This document shows positions 1-11,607 of a stretch of 64,000 bases of DNA, piece by piece (the stretch's first letter is position 1; the number at the start of each line of letters is the position of its first letter). The position numbers and the translations under genes are program-made. Below the pieces are notes generated by a model. That model saw only the letters and a list, made by a program, of their open reading frames with translations, searched no databases and was not told the origin of the DNA. The DNA comes from the human T2T-CHM13v2.0 reference genome, Homo sapiens, in the NCBI RefSeq assembly GCF_009914755.1, contig NC_060927.1; one strand, written 5' to 3'.

Positions 1-93
1 ACATAATGACCTCTAGTTCCATTTATGTTGCTGTAAATGACAGGTTTCTATTATTTCTTTAAGGCTGAATGGTATCACATTGTGTTCATATAC
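1..93 (-). mobile_element. L1 (L1MA-like) 3' region fragment, non-inverted part of an inverted L1
   Basis: Minus strand reads gtatatgaacacaatgtgataccattcagccttaaag...cctgtcatttacagcaacataaatggaactagaggtcattatgt, typical of the L1 ORF2 end. Confidence 0.8.
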
Positions 94-633
<540 letters not shown>

Positions 634-711
634 TTAGGTTTAAAATTTAATTTAAAATATAGTTTAATTTCAAAATTTAATTTAATTTTAATTTATTGCA
701 GCTAAGTAAGA

Positions 712-778
712 CAATAACCTTGTTTTCAGGAAATAGACACTAAAAAATTTAAGGATTGAGGTGATGGTATGTGCAACT
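712..778 (+). mobile_element. Old L1ME 3' fragment
   Basis: ccttgttttcaggaaatagacactaaaaaatttaagg...atgtgcaact resembles the recalled L1ME 3' consensus. Confidence 0.5.
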
Positions 779-1195
779 GCAACCCCACCTGAAGGTCTTC
801 TGAGACTCAACTAGACATTCAAGTGACAAGATTCACTTGAATGACTTGAGTGACAAGATTCTCATGGGTACCACTCCAATCAGAAGTAACAGGGCAGAAA
901 CCACAGCTTGCCAGAATGAGTGTCAGGTATTGCTTTTCTCCAGGAGTCCTTATTGCAGTGCAATATTTCAAAGGCATGATAAAAATCAGGAGGCTACAGG
1001 AGCTGATATAGCTTTAAAATATCTGGCCCCACAGGATCAATATCTTTTATAATATTTATATAAGCCATTATTTTAGGGTTTCTGCAAAGGACATGCCAGT
1101 TATGGGATTTGGTATAGTCAGAGAAGACCCCAGTATAGTTTTCTATCAGCTACTCATGCAGTTTATTAATTAAAGGTCATTTTTACCTTAAGCAA

Positions 1196-1521
1196 TGCTA
1201 TGGTTTGAATTTTTGCTCCCTCCAAAAATGTTAAAATTTGGTTGCCCCTGAGGCAGTGTTAGGAGGTGAGACCTTAGAGAAGTGCCAAAGCCCTGCGAGC
1301 TCTGTTGTCAATGATGGGATTCATGCCATTATGAAAGGGCAAAATTGGACCCCTCCTGCTCTCTTTGACCTTCTCCCTTTTACCATGTGATGACACAGCT
1401 AGAAGGCCACCACTAGATGCCAGCTCCTTGATCTTGAATTTCCTGGCCTCCAAAAATGTGAGCTCATTATAAATTACTGAGTCTTAGATACTCTGATAGC
1501 TGCACAGAACAATCCAAGACA
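1196..1521 (+). mobile_element. MaLR solo LTR (MST/MLT1A group)
   Basis: Starts tgctatggtttgaat, ends aagaca; internal ccatgtgatgacacagc, ttgatcttgaatttcc, ttataaattac; agcaa/agcag 5-bp TSD-like flanks. Confidence 0.85.
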
Positions 1522-1539
1522 AGCAGCCAGTAACACCTT

Positions 1540-1600
1540 TATACATATACATATATATATATATATACGTATATATATATATATATATACATATATATAT
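1540..1600. repeat. (TA)n microsatellite
   Basis: Directly visible; adjoins the MLT2A LTR. Confidence 0.95.
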
Positions 1601-2008
1601 AAAGAGGAGTAAAGAGGAGTTTATTAAATATTAACTTACATGATCACAAGGTCCCACAACAGGTCATCTGCAAGCTGAGGAGCAAGGAGAGCCAGTCCAA
1701 GTCCCAAAACTGAAGAACTTGGAGTCCGATGTTCAAGGGCAGGAAGCATCCAGCATGGGAGAAAGATGTAGGCTGGGATGCTGGGCCAGTCTAGTCTTTT
1801 CACGTTTTTCTGCCTGTTTTATATTCTAGCCATGCTGGCAGCTGATTAGATGGTGCCCACCCAGATTAAGGGTGGGTCTGCCTTTCCCAGCCCACTAACT
1901 CAAATGTTAATCTCCTTTGGCAACACCAGCACCCACACAGACATACCCAAGATCAATACTTTGCATCCTTCAGTCCAATCAAGTTGACGCTCAGTATTAA
2001 CCATCACA
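1601..2008 (-). mobile_element. MLT2A (HERV-L LTR), 3' end lost beyond the TA tract
   Basis: Minus strand begins tgtgatggttaatactgagcgtcaacttgattggactgaagg, the MLT2A 5' end. Confidence 0.92.
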
Positions 2009-3439
2009 AATTTATTTTATAAGTCCACTTACCTAACAATCTTATTCAGTAGGTTTAATCATGGACAATGTATTAAGGGCATATTTTCTTAAAATTTTAC
2101 ATTCTTTGAAACATTTTATTAGAAATTCCTTCAGTAAACATTCTCTAAGCATCTATTACATTAGATTCTATTACATTTGAATATGAAAAAGCATTTAGGA
2201 ATAATTCACAATCCTTCTGAAGTATGTGTTTTTCCTTCCATTTTGCAGATAAGTAAAGCTAAGGATGAATATAAAGTCTAACCAGATGGGAAAATATGAT
2301 TTTTTTTACTACAGAGAACAATATTTTTCATAATTATGCATATATATTTTATTTTAGCAATGTAGAACTATACACTAATGTTGTGTAACATAATGCATAG
2401 TAATACCTAAATGATCTTCACAAGGCATGGAAAACTCAACCCTAACATTTTGAGCAGCACCTCCAACGTCTAAATTCATATAGTTTAACCATTACTCAGT
2501 GAGTAAAAGATGTACATTTCTAGTAATTTTAGTGAGTCATAGATATATTCTGTGTAATTATTTTATGTTCAAGTGCATTTGAATTTGACAGTATTATTTA
2601 ACCTAAAAATTTATTTTGGATATAGTAAGTACTATGTCAACATCAATAACCACTATAGTGGAAACATCTCACATTTCTAAAAATTATGAACAAGTTAGTA
2701 TCACAAATATTATTGCTTATTATTCTTACAAGAATGTTGTAGATATTATTTCCATGTTAGATGTGGGGAAATTAAGGCCCATGACCAGCTCAAATACATA
2801 TACTTAGTAAGAAATAGATATAAACAATATCATATTGAAAGTTTTCTAGCCAATATTTTTCCCATCTCACCAAAAGTAAGTAAATATTTCCCCCAAAAAC
2901 CTTTATGTAACAACAAGATGAGCAACAACCTGTCTTTTATCTAAGCTTAAGCTCTTTAGGAAAGAAGAGTAGCCAAAGCTTTAAGTCTTGGAAAATTTGA
3001 CTTTTATTACACCACGAGAGATTTCAGAGTTCTTAAATTTTTAAAGCCTATGCTCATAGCAACTGTTCTAAATTGTCCTTGAATGTTGCTAAGACTCGAG
3101 GGAGAAAAGGGGGCCAGGTCTCAAAGAAAGCTCGATTCTCCACATGCAAGGTACAGATGCAATGAGTGGTGATATCCTACTACTGCAAAGGACAGTGGTC
3201 TGAAAGTTGAGGAAGAGGCTGTGATTGCTAGAGACTCATCAATAAACATCTTAAAAATTATAGTGAACATACTGGTTCCAAGACTTATATGTGACGAAAG
3301 TAGATACCATAAGCAGCAGAGCCACCTAAAGGCCAACGGGCCAAATGGACCCAGCCAATAAGCAACACAGCATGGTTTTTCATGAACTAAAGAACAAAGC
3401 ACTTTGGCAAAAAATTCTCACATTGAGTATGCCCTGGGC

Positions 3440-3845
3440 TCTGTGGGAGCTAGAGTTCCCTAGAAAGCAGAATTTTTGAAAAAGGTTTAAATTAAATGAC
3501 TTTATTGCATAATGTGATCTAGAGAGCAGGAGTGAGTAAGAAGTGTGATACCAAAAAAGGAGGGAGAGTCGATATATACAAATAATTGTTTGCTCATTCT
3601 AACAGGAACTCCTGAAGAGTAAAATGAAATGCATCTCAGGACTAACCCTGAGGGACACAGAGAATTATACACCATAGGTCAAAGGTTGTCCCTCAAGGGG
3701 CATAAAGGTAACCAATTTAGGAAATACAAGAGCTGTTCTGGGTATCTCTACTGCTACCTTAACAGCGAAGCCCAAGGGCAAAATGCAACAGAAGCTCACA
3801 GCAGGAGCTGCAGAGCTGGATACAGGAGTAGTAAATAAAATTAAA
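3440..3845 (-). mobile_element. ERVL-class LTR (LTR16/LTR33-like), degraded
   Basis: gagttccctagaaagcaga...tttatt...agcaggagtgag...ggagggagagtcgatat pattern of antisense LTR16-type LTRs; lies 3' of the ERVL internal relic on the same strand. Confidence 0.55.
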
Positions 3846-3847
3846 TT

Positions 3848-3947
3848 TATATTCTAGCCACACTGGAGGCTGATTAGATGGTGCCCACCCATATTAAGGG
3901 TGGGTCTGCCTTTCCCAGCCCACTGACTGAAATGTTACTCTCCTTTG

Positions 3948-3982
<35 letters not shown>

Positions 3983-3985
3983 AAC
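3848..3985 (-). mobile_element. Short MLT2A fragment followed by a plus-strand poly(A) tract
   Basis: 3848-3949 aligns with 1819-1921 (tatattctagcca...ctcctttggc); followed by more than 30 A. Confidence 0.9.
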
Positions 3986-4004
3986 AACAAAAAAAACTAT
4001 GATG

Positions 4005-4440
4005 CAAAAACATAGAATCCACCCAAATGCCATCAGTGGTGGACTGGATAAAGAAAATGTGGTACATATACACCAAGGAATACTACATAACCATAAAAAA
4101 TGAAATCTTGTCCTATGCAGCAGCATGGGTGAAGGTGGAGGCCAATATCCTAAGTGAGCTAACACAGGACCAGAAAACTAAATGCCTCATGCTCTCACTT
4201 GTAAGCGGAAGCTAAACACTGAGCACATATTGACATAAACATGAGAACAATAGACACTGTGGACTACTCGAGTAGAATGGGAAGGAACTGTGCATGGGTT
4301 GAAGAACTACCTGTGGGTACTATGCTCACCACCTAGATAATGGGATCTGTATCCCAAACCTCAGAGGCACTCAATATTCTCATGTAACAAACCTGCATAT
4401 ATACTCCTTTATCTAAAATAAATGTTGAAATTTAAAAAGA
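4005..4440 (+). mobile_element. 5'-truncated L1 3' end (L1PA15/16-like)
   Basis: DWIKKMWYIYT..EYY ORF2 terminus; 3'UTR aatagacactgtggactact...catgtaacaaacctgcat...aaaataaa. Confidence 0.92.
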
Positions 4441-4560
4441 AAGAAAGAAAAGAAAAGAAGAAAGGAAGAAAAGAGGAAAGAAGAAAGAAAAGGAAGGGAG
4501 GGAGGGAGGGAAAGAAGGAAGGAAGGAAGGAAGGAAGGAAGGAAAATAAAGGAAAAGAAA
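4435..4560. repeat. (GAAA)n/(GGAA)n purine tract derived from the L1 tail
   Basis: Directly visible. Confidence 0.9.
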
Positions 4561-4649
4561 TCTGTGAGGGCGTATTAAATAATGCACAAGAGAGGTTCCA
4601 TATCAACTGCTCTGATATAACTCAGATACAGACATAACCCTATTAAGGC

Positions 4650-5520
4650 TACTTCATCACAAAGCTCCCACTAAGGGAAAGATCCACTTTGGTCTCTGAA
4701 AAGAATGAAAGTAAGAGGCTCATGAAAACAAATCTTCATTGGTGCATTTATTTGTAAGGATATTCATCCCTATTCTCCCTTTCTTACTTTCATTTGCCTG
4801 CACCCTTAGCTAGCATTCTGACTAGTCTCCATTGTTCAATTTATCACCGAAGAGTCTAGATACTTTTTTTGCTCTTGTCAAGCTATGATTCTTCAATTGT
4901 GCATTTACCATTTAATTATCTGGATCTGGATGATCTGGATGTATTTTTCCATGTTCCTACTGCCTACCAGCAATCCTGGTTCTTGATGGAAATCAGAATT
5001 AAATGATTCTTACAGATAGAGTAAACTTTTTTCTATGCCTACTGCATTGTTTGTGTTAAGAACCTCCCTTTGACCAGGTGGTAGTCATAGCTTCAAGTTC
5101 AGTGAACCTTTATTACATTCCCTTGAAAAGGAAGCTTTAATTCTGAAAACATAGACCTTAAAATCCACTACACCTTCAGAATAATACATTCAAGTAGGAA
5201 ACTGAGAATCATGTTGAGAAGGACCAATACCACTTCCTCAGTTTCAAAATCCATGTAGTCTAGGTACAGAAACAAAGTATCATATATATGCCATTGTTTC
5301 CTTACATATTCAGGATCCTGAAGAGATAGCATTATAATCTGCAGAGTATTGTCCTTAAACCATCACCTTAGCTCAACTTTCAACAAGCCCTTCTTTATTC
5401 TGTTAGATCAGCTGCATCAGGGTGTTGGGATATATGAAAATGCCAGTGGGTCCTATGACCGTGAATCCATTTTACCATCTCTTTTGCCATAAAATATATC
5501 TTCTGGTAGAAGACAATATT
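4650..5520 (-). pseudogene. pol: ERVL (HERV16/ERVL-E-like) internal relic including pol integrase core
   Basis: Minus-strand NIVFYQKIYFMAKEMVKWIHGHRTHWHFHISQHPDAADLTE* then, after a frameshift, KGLLKVELR*WFKDNTLQ; matches ERVL integrase SIASDQGTHFTAKEVRQWAHAHGIHWSYHVPHHPEAAGLIERWNGLLK. Left boundary approximate. Confidence 0.8.
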
Positions 5521-6879
5521 GTCCTTGCTATGTCTATAAACCCCAGGATAGCAGAAGAGTGATGCTTGCAGAAATAGTGCACTGGGGAAGCAAATATATA
5601 TCAAGAATAGATGCAAACTGAGAAGTCCAGGGCTGAGGGGGACAGGCACGAGGGAAGAGGCTTGGACCTGAAGTGAAGTGTTCTCAAATTAAACCTTCAT
5701 GAAGCTAGTCAAAGCCCAAACATAACAGGTTGATGCAGCCATGGATTTATGGGTCTGAACTGGTGAATATTATGTTTGATGCCAGGTTCTAGGTATCAAG
5801 GGAGAGAAAGGAGATTCCTTAAATTACTAAGGTTTGATTTTCAGCTCACTTGCAAGACACCTGAATTATTTAATTTCACTTAAGAAATATGGCCTTCCTT
5901 GCAGTAAAGTTTCTTATAAAAATTCACACACTTCATATTCAATAATATTTATATCTATGGAAAATAATAAAATGGATCAATGGGCCTTTCATTTCTAGAA
6001 AAGAGGTAAAACATACCTGGAATTTGAAACCTAAACAATCCTAAAAAGCAACCACAAAGAGTTGCTGGAGCTATGCCGTTGCTGCTTAGGCACTGGACTT
6101 CTGGCCTATTTGGCCATATTTGGACAAATATTCCAAGTGCTTATCCTAGAGTGATAAGTTATACAAATTCTTGAGTCAAGGACAATATTCTGAAATCCAA
6201 CAGTTATTGTTTTTGGTCTCTTGAAAGTTGCCTTCCACTGTACTAACAGTTTTTTACTAACAGTTAAAAAACAGAGCAGCATTAGCCCTGAGGTAGTCCG
6301 CACTTACCGTGTTAAAACTCTTGGTCACCCACTGCTTTAATCATAATTCTCTCTCATTGTTTCTTATAAAATCAAAACGACCTGACATTTCCACAGCTGA
6401 TATTTGTTTTTCTATAGGCAAAATCCAGCTGACAGTAAATATTAGACACCAAATGCTTCACACGTATTGCTTGGGTTTTCTTTTTTCAGCAGACTTGCAG
6501 ATAAGGATATTGTGAAGCACATGCTTACTTATGCTTGATTGCTGTTACAATGCTTATAAGGATGAATTCTCAACTAGAAAGATGAACTTCTGGAATTTTC
6601 TCCTGTAATCATCAGAACTATGAATATATGCAAACGGTGTTAAAACAAAAAATGAATTTCAGCCTTTTCCTTCTTTGCATGACAAATTAGTTCCTTGGTT
6701 ATTTGAAGAACAAGAGCAAAGCATCGCAGGAGTAATAGTTTAGATTGCTTAGTATAAACATCTTCCTATTAGAAAACAGAGACAAATGAGTTTCAATAGG
6801 AATTACTATAAATGTTGAGCTTTCCTTCCTTTACAAAACGTTCATCAACCAGTAGAGCAAAGAGCATGCATTGATAGAA

Positions 6880-6985
6880 AAGGCTCTGTACAAAGCATAG
6901 GTTGAAATTTCGTCTCTCATATGTGAGTCATGCAATAGTTGACCAGTCTCTTAAACTTACTGGTCCTTTGTTTTCTCATTTGTTT
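6880..6985 (+). mobile_element. MIR fragment
   Basis: aggttgaaattt...ttgaccagtctcttaaac...tttgttttctcatttgt MIR core pattern. Confidence 0.55.
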
Positions 6986-7444
6986 TTCCCAACTGAGAGT
7001 AGACAAATAAATATTTGGAGGTCATTTAGTGTCTAAGTGTGAGCTTTCTACAGAATGTAGGATAGTGTTTTAAGAATTTCAGATTCAATTTGTGTAAGAT
7101 TTTTCAACTTTTTCACCTTTCTAATCCTACGGGGTAATATTTACAACAATGCTTCACATTTTTATATTGTGAAATGTTTTCCAAAGTGTTTTATTATATA
7201 TTACATCTGAACTTCCAAATCATTATGTGAGGTAAGCTTCACAATGCAGATGTTATCATCTGCAACTCAGTGGGGTAAAAACTCAAGATATTATACCCAT
7301 TAAGCCTTAAAATAGTGTCTGAAAGTAAAATCCTCCCATTGTAATTAAAAACTAACTTTTGGGCTTTTTTTCTTCTACTCTATGTCTAATTTATTGATAA
7401 TTCAAAGGCAGATTATTGAAGTGAAAATATTGATTAAATTTTTT

Positions 7445-7625
7445 GAAAAGAAGAAATTGAAATGAATTTAGAGAAGGAGGAAAAGAAGAAGGGAGAGAAA
7501 GAGGAAAAGAGAGAAAGAAAGTATGAGAGGCAGAGAGGAAAAGAGAAGAAGGGAAGGAAGGAAAGAAAAGAAGGAAGGAAGGAAGAAAGGAAGGAAGGAA
7601 GGAAGGAAAGAAGGAAGGAAGGAGA
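7445..7625. repeat. GA-rich low complexity / (GGAA)n
   Basis: Directly visible. Confidence 0.9.
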
Positions 7626-7888
7626 GTTTAAGAGATTAATTTAAAATCCCATATTCTTTGGTAATCCAAGGATTACCTTATACCATCTACAATCCATTTA
7701 AACTTCTTTATATAATTCTTTTATTATGAAGATGGGGAGGACAGTTTTCCCTTAAATATAAGGCAAAATAAATAAAACACTGGAAGTTTTAAGATGTGGT
7801 CACACTTCTAAATGTAAATATTAATGAAAAATAAATTAATTGTGAAGCAAACCAGATGAGATATGGCAAAAGATAAACAATCAAATGA

Positions 7889-8260
<372 letters not shown>

Positions 8261-8789
8261 TTACTTTCTAATTGAAAAAAAAAAAAAGCAGAAACCTTTC
8301 CATTCTTCATTGTGCTGACCTGGAAAATAATGATTTAATGATTCTCTTTTAGAAATGATTTGAAGATAAATGAAGTAATGTCTTTTTGTTCATTATAAAA
8401 GGTGGCTATTACTTACTTTGCTAAGGTGTAATTAGTCATTAAAGAACTAGAAATGCCTTTGCAAAAACTCCTCTTCCACGAGAGTATAAAAAAACAGTAC
8501 ATTTCAGTGACATAGGTAACACAGGACTTTTGTTTTTTATATACCATCCACTTTAGATATCAAGTTTCCTTGTACCAAGAAAAACTGAGCATAGAGAAAA
8601 ATGATCTGAAAAACTTTTCATATGTCAATAGGTTAAATCTTTTCCCATAGATAACCCAATCAATATTTATTAAATATAAATAACATTTAAAATAATAATA
8701 TTACATAATATTTCTGAGATTTGAGACAGTATATTAACATGAATAAAGTTATTTGATACCAGTAAAATGTAATGGCAAAGTATTTCCCA

Positions 8790-9720
8790 TGTATGATTGT
8801 AACAAATTCTAAAATAGTTTTCAAGACAAAACATTTACAAGACTTGTACAAAGTCTTGTATGGAGAAGATATTTAAAAGTGTAAATATTTTCATTTTCTA
8901 TATTTATTATGGAATATTAATACAGTTTCAATGAGAATCTTTCTAGGATTATATTGTTATTTTTACCTTGCTGGATTTATAATCAGATTGATATAGAGTA
9001 ATACATGTTTGTGAATAGCAAAAAATTTGGAAAATGAAGAATACATGCCCATCGTGTATTAAAATAAATTTTAAAGCCAGGTACAGTGGCTCACACCTCT
9101 AACCCCAGAACTTTGGGAGGCCAAGATGCACAGATCACCTGAGGTCAGGAATTTGAGACCAACCTGGCCAACATTGCGAAACCCCATCTCTACTTAAAAT
9201 ACAAAAATTAGCCAGGCGTAGTGGCTCACGCCTGTAATCCCAACCACTGCAGAGGCTGAGGCACAAGAATCACCTGAACCCAGGAGGCAGTGTTTGCAGT
9301 GAGTCGAGATCACGCCACTGCACTCCAGCCTGGGTGACAGAATGAGACTCTGTCTCCAAAATAAATAAATAAATGAATAAATGAATGAATAAATAAATAA
9401 TTTTAAAAATAAAATAAATTTTAAAATTTCAGGAGTTAAAACAGTTGATTTGAGAGGTACAGGGCAATAATAAACAAACAAACAAAAAGCCCTGGAGCTT
9501 CCAAAAGCATGGTGTTGTGATAGGACTTCTTAAAAATGCATTTTATGTGAAAGTTATAAAGGAAAAATGATATGACACCATATTGTTCAATTAATGTCAA
9601 TATTAGTTGCAGATGTGGAGAATATGTATGGGAAAAGAAAGTCACTGACCTGTAAATCCATGCCAGGGCAAGTAACATTGGCAAAATAAAACTCAAACAT
9701 TGAATCTTGGGTTTTATTTG
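8790..9720 (+). mobile_element. Degraded old L1M ORF2 fragments, split by an Alu
   Basis: caagacttgtaca, atacagtttcaatgagaatc and aatagcaaaaaatttggaaaatgaagaat resemble L1M ORF2 3' sequence. Confidence 0.5.
9076..9410 (+). mobile_element. AluS (Sx/Sz-like)
   Basis: Full dimer with (TAAA/TGAA)n tail; TSD aaaataaattttaaa at 9061-9075 and 9411-9425. Confidence 0.97.
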
Positions 9721-9799
9721 CCATGTACAACACTTCAAAGTTTGTGCAACAAGTTTTTAGTGTAATCTTGATGAATTAAGCAAAATCTCATTGTTCTAC

Positions 9800-10245
9800 A
9801 TTTAATTCCCAGAGAAACTAACAAAGATTTGAATACACATAATGGATTTGGGAAGTGACTACTGGAAACACTACTAAGAGAGTGGGAAGGTGAGATAGAG
9901 CAGGAAACAAAGCCAATACAGGTAAATGAAGAACAGATGTCTACTGTGACTCAATCCTACTGGGGACTTTCTGGGAAAATGAATATAATGTGACTTTGAG
10001 TTGTCCCAGTCTAGGGTAAACTCAGAGGTATTTACTCACTACCTCCACTCTGTGATTTATTAGGAATATACCCAGGATTAACTCCCTGGAACCTCTGGTT
10101 TGCTTCACACACGAACTGAGAATGATTTTGTAGACAGCAAAAGACATTAGCAGAGAAGTGTTGGTGTTTTCAGTAGAAGCCATAAACATGATTTTATGTG
10201 ATTTATAAGGGGCAACATATGAAGGTGTGGTGACTGCTGAGGGAC
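9800..10245 (-). mobile_element. ERVL LTR (LTR16C/LTR33-like)
   Basis: agagtgggaaggtgagatagagcaggaaacaaagccaat...ctcaatcctactggggactttctggga...gagttgtccc pattern. Confidence 0.65.
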
Positions 10246-10589
10246 AGATACTGTACACTGTTACTTTGTTGATATTTAGAATCCAAACAAAGCAATCAAT
10301 ATCCAGACATTGTCACAGTGTCCAGTGGAATCAAGAACATTCCCACCAAGGGAAACAGCTTCCTGAGTTTGGGAAAAGAAGTTCAACTCATAGAAATGTA
10401 GTTTTTGTGCTGAAGTGATGCCTCAAGTCAATGATAGAAATGGTCATTATATGTTTAAAGAGCAATAGGATAATTCATTCATAATAATATATCACTATTT
10501 TTCTAGCTGCTCAAATCTATTTTTCTTCCTATAAAATTACTCAAATTTCCTTCCTATTTTACTATCATGAAGCTCAGGGAGTGGTGCAC

Positions 10590-11010
10590 GAAGTTCCAAC
10601 CAGCAATACCTCATGACCCAGGCCATGTGTGCTTTGGGAATGAGCATTAGACCCAATTCAAGTCAGTAAGAACTAATTCCAGGACGTTTATGCAAATTGT
10701 AGAAAGAATCATCTTCTTTCCGCTGGTTTAAACCTGGGGGCCACTAACTAATGATTTATTAACCAGTTGACATGGGTCTAAAATTGAAGACAAGGCAAAA
10801 CTAAGAGAGAGAAACAAACAAACAAACATTAAAAACAAAACAAAACAGATTCTGATGACCTTGTTTGAAACCTGAGATGACCATTTGAAATTTGAGACGA
10901 AGATCAGACTGAGGTCAGACCAACCACTGAACTTTCAAGTGCTAGGAACCAATAGTGCTCTTTATATTGCTGAACAGTTTAAATTGAGTTTTAAATGAGT
11001 CTGATATATA
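10590..11010 (+). mobile_element. Old MaLR LTR (MLT1K-like)
   Basis: tgacccaggcc, ctgatgaccttgtttga, ctgaactttcaagt...gaaccaata...gtttaaattgagtttt 3' signature. Confidence 0.6.
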
Positions 11011-11014
11011 TTAC

Positions 11015-11424
11015 TGAGAGGTGACAACGTGCTAGCAGCCCTTGCTCACTCTGTGTGCCTCCTAGGCCTCATCATCTGCTCTGGATGTGCTCGAGGAGCC
11101 CTTCAGCCTGCTGCTGCATTGTGGGGGCCCCTCTCTGGGGCTGGCCGAGGCCGGAGCTGGCTCCCTTTGCTCATGGGGAGGTGTGGAGGGAGAGGCGCAG
11201 GCGGGAGCCGGGGCTGCGTGCTATGCTTGCGGACCAGTGCGGGTTCCAGGGGTTGCGGGCTCAGTGGCCCCACACTCGGTGTGGCTGGTCAGCACCTGCT
11301 GGGCTTGATTGGCGGATGAGCTCCCTCTGGGCTCATCCGGAGTGCCCGGGCTAGGTGCCACAAAGTCCCGCAGTGAGTGCCAGTGAGAGGTGAAGCTGGC
11401 TGGGCTTCTGGGATGGGTGGGGAC
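11015..11424 (+). mobile_element. Truncated 5' LTR12 (GC-rich U3 part only)
   Basis: Aligns to 15239-15648, then breaks at ggtggggac. Confidence 0.93.
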
Positions 11425-11607
11425 AGAAAATGGAGCAGGCCAATCACCTGGTAGGGCGTGTTATCAGTGTGGTTTACAAGGACACTTTAAAAAAGATTGT
11501 CCAATGAGAAAGAAGCTGCCCCCTTGTCCATGTCCGCTATGCCAAGGCAATCGAACCTTTGTCTTCTGGGGCAGCGCACCTTCCAGATGATCCAACAACA
11601 GGACTGA
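11425..11607 (+). pseudogene. gag: ERV9 gag C-terminus (nucleocapsid zinc knuckle)
   Basis: CYQCGLQGHFKKDC is CX2CX4HX4C; ends MIQQQD-TGA at 11605-11607. Confidence 0.92.

Noticed and set aside
3121-3402. 93-aa minus ORF and an overlapping ~62-codon plus open frame
   Set aside because: No recognisable domain, no ATG for the plus frame and no convincing splice sites; the length is compatible with chance.
4409-4637. K/E/R-rich and F/L/S-rich ORFs (also 7462-7644)
   Set aside because: Translations of purine microsatellites.
6300-6420. Minus-strand exon-like interval (cctatag...acg|gtaagtg) and an overlapping plus-strand acceptor
   Set aside because: Stops in all three frames and no partner exons; splice-like motifs are common by chance.
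4510-7622. (GGAA)n runs at ~4513-4544 and ~7572-7620 as ETS-fusion response elements
   Set aside because: Uninterrupted runs are short and there is no supporting context.
11029-11354. GC-rich overlapping ORFs and CpG-island-like sequence (also 15256-15610)
   Set aside because: LTR12 U3 sequence, not a host promoter or gene.
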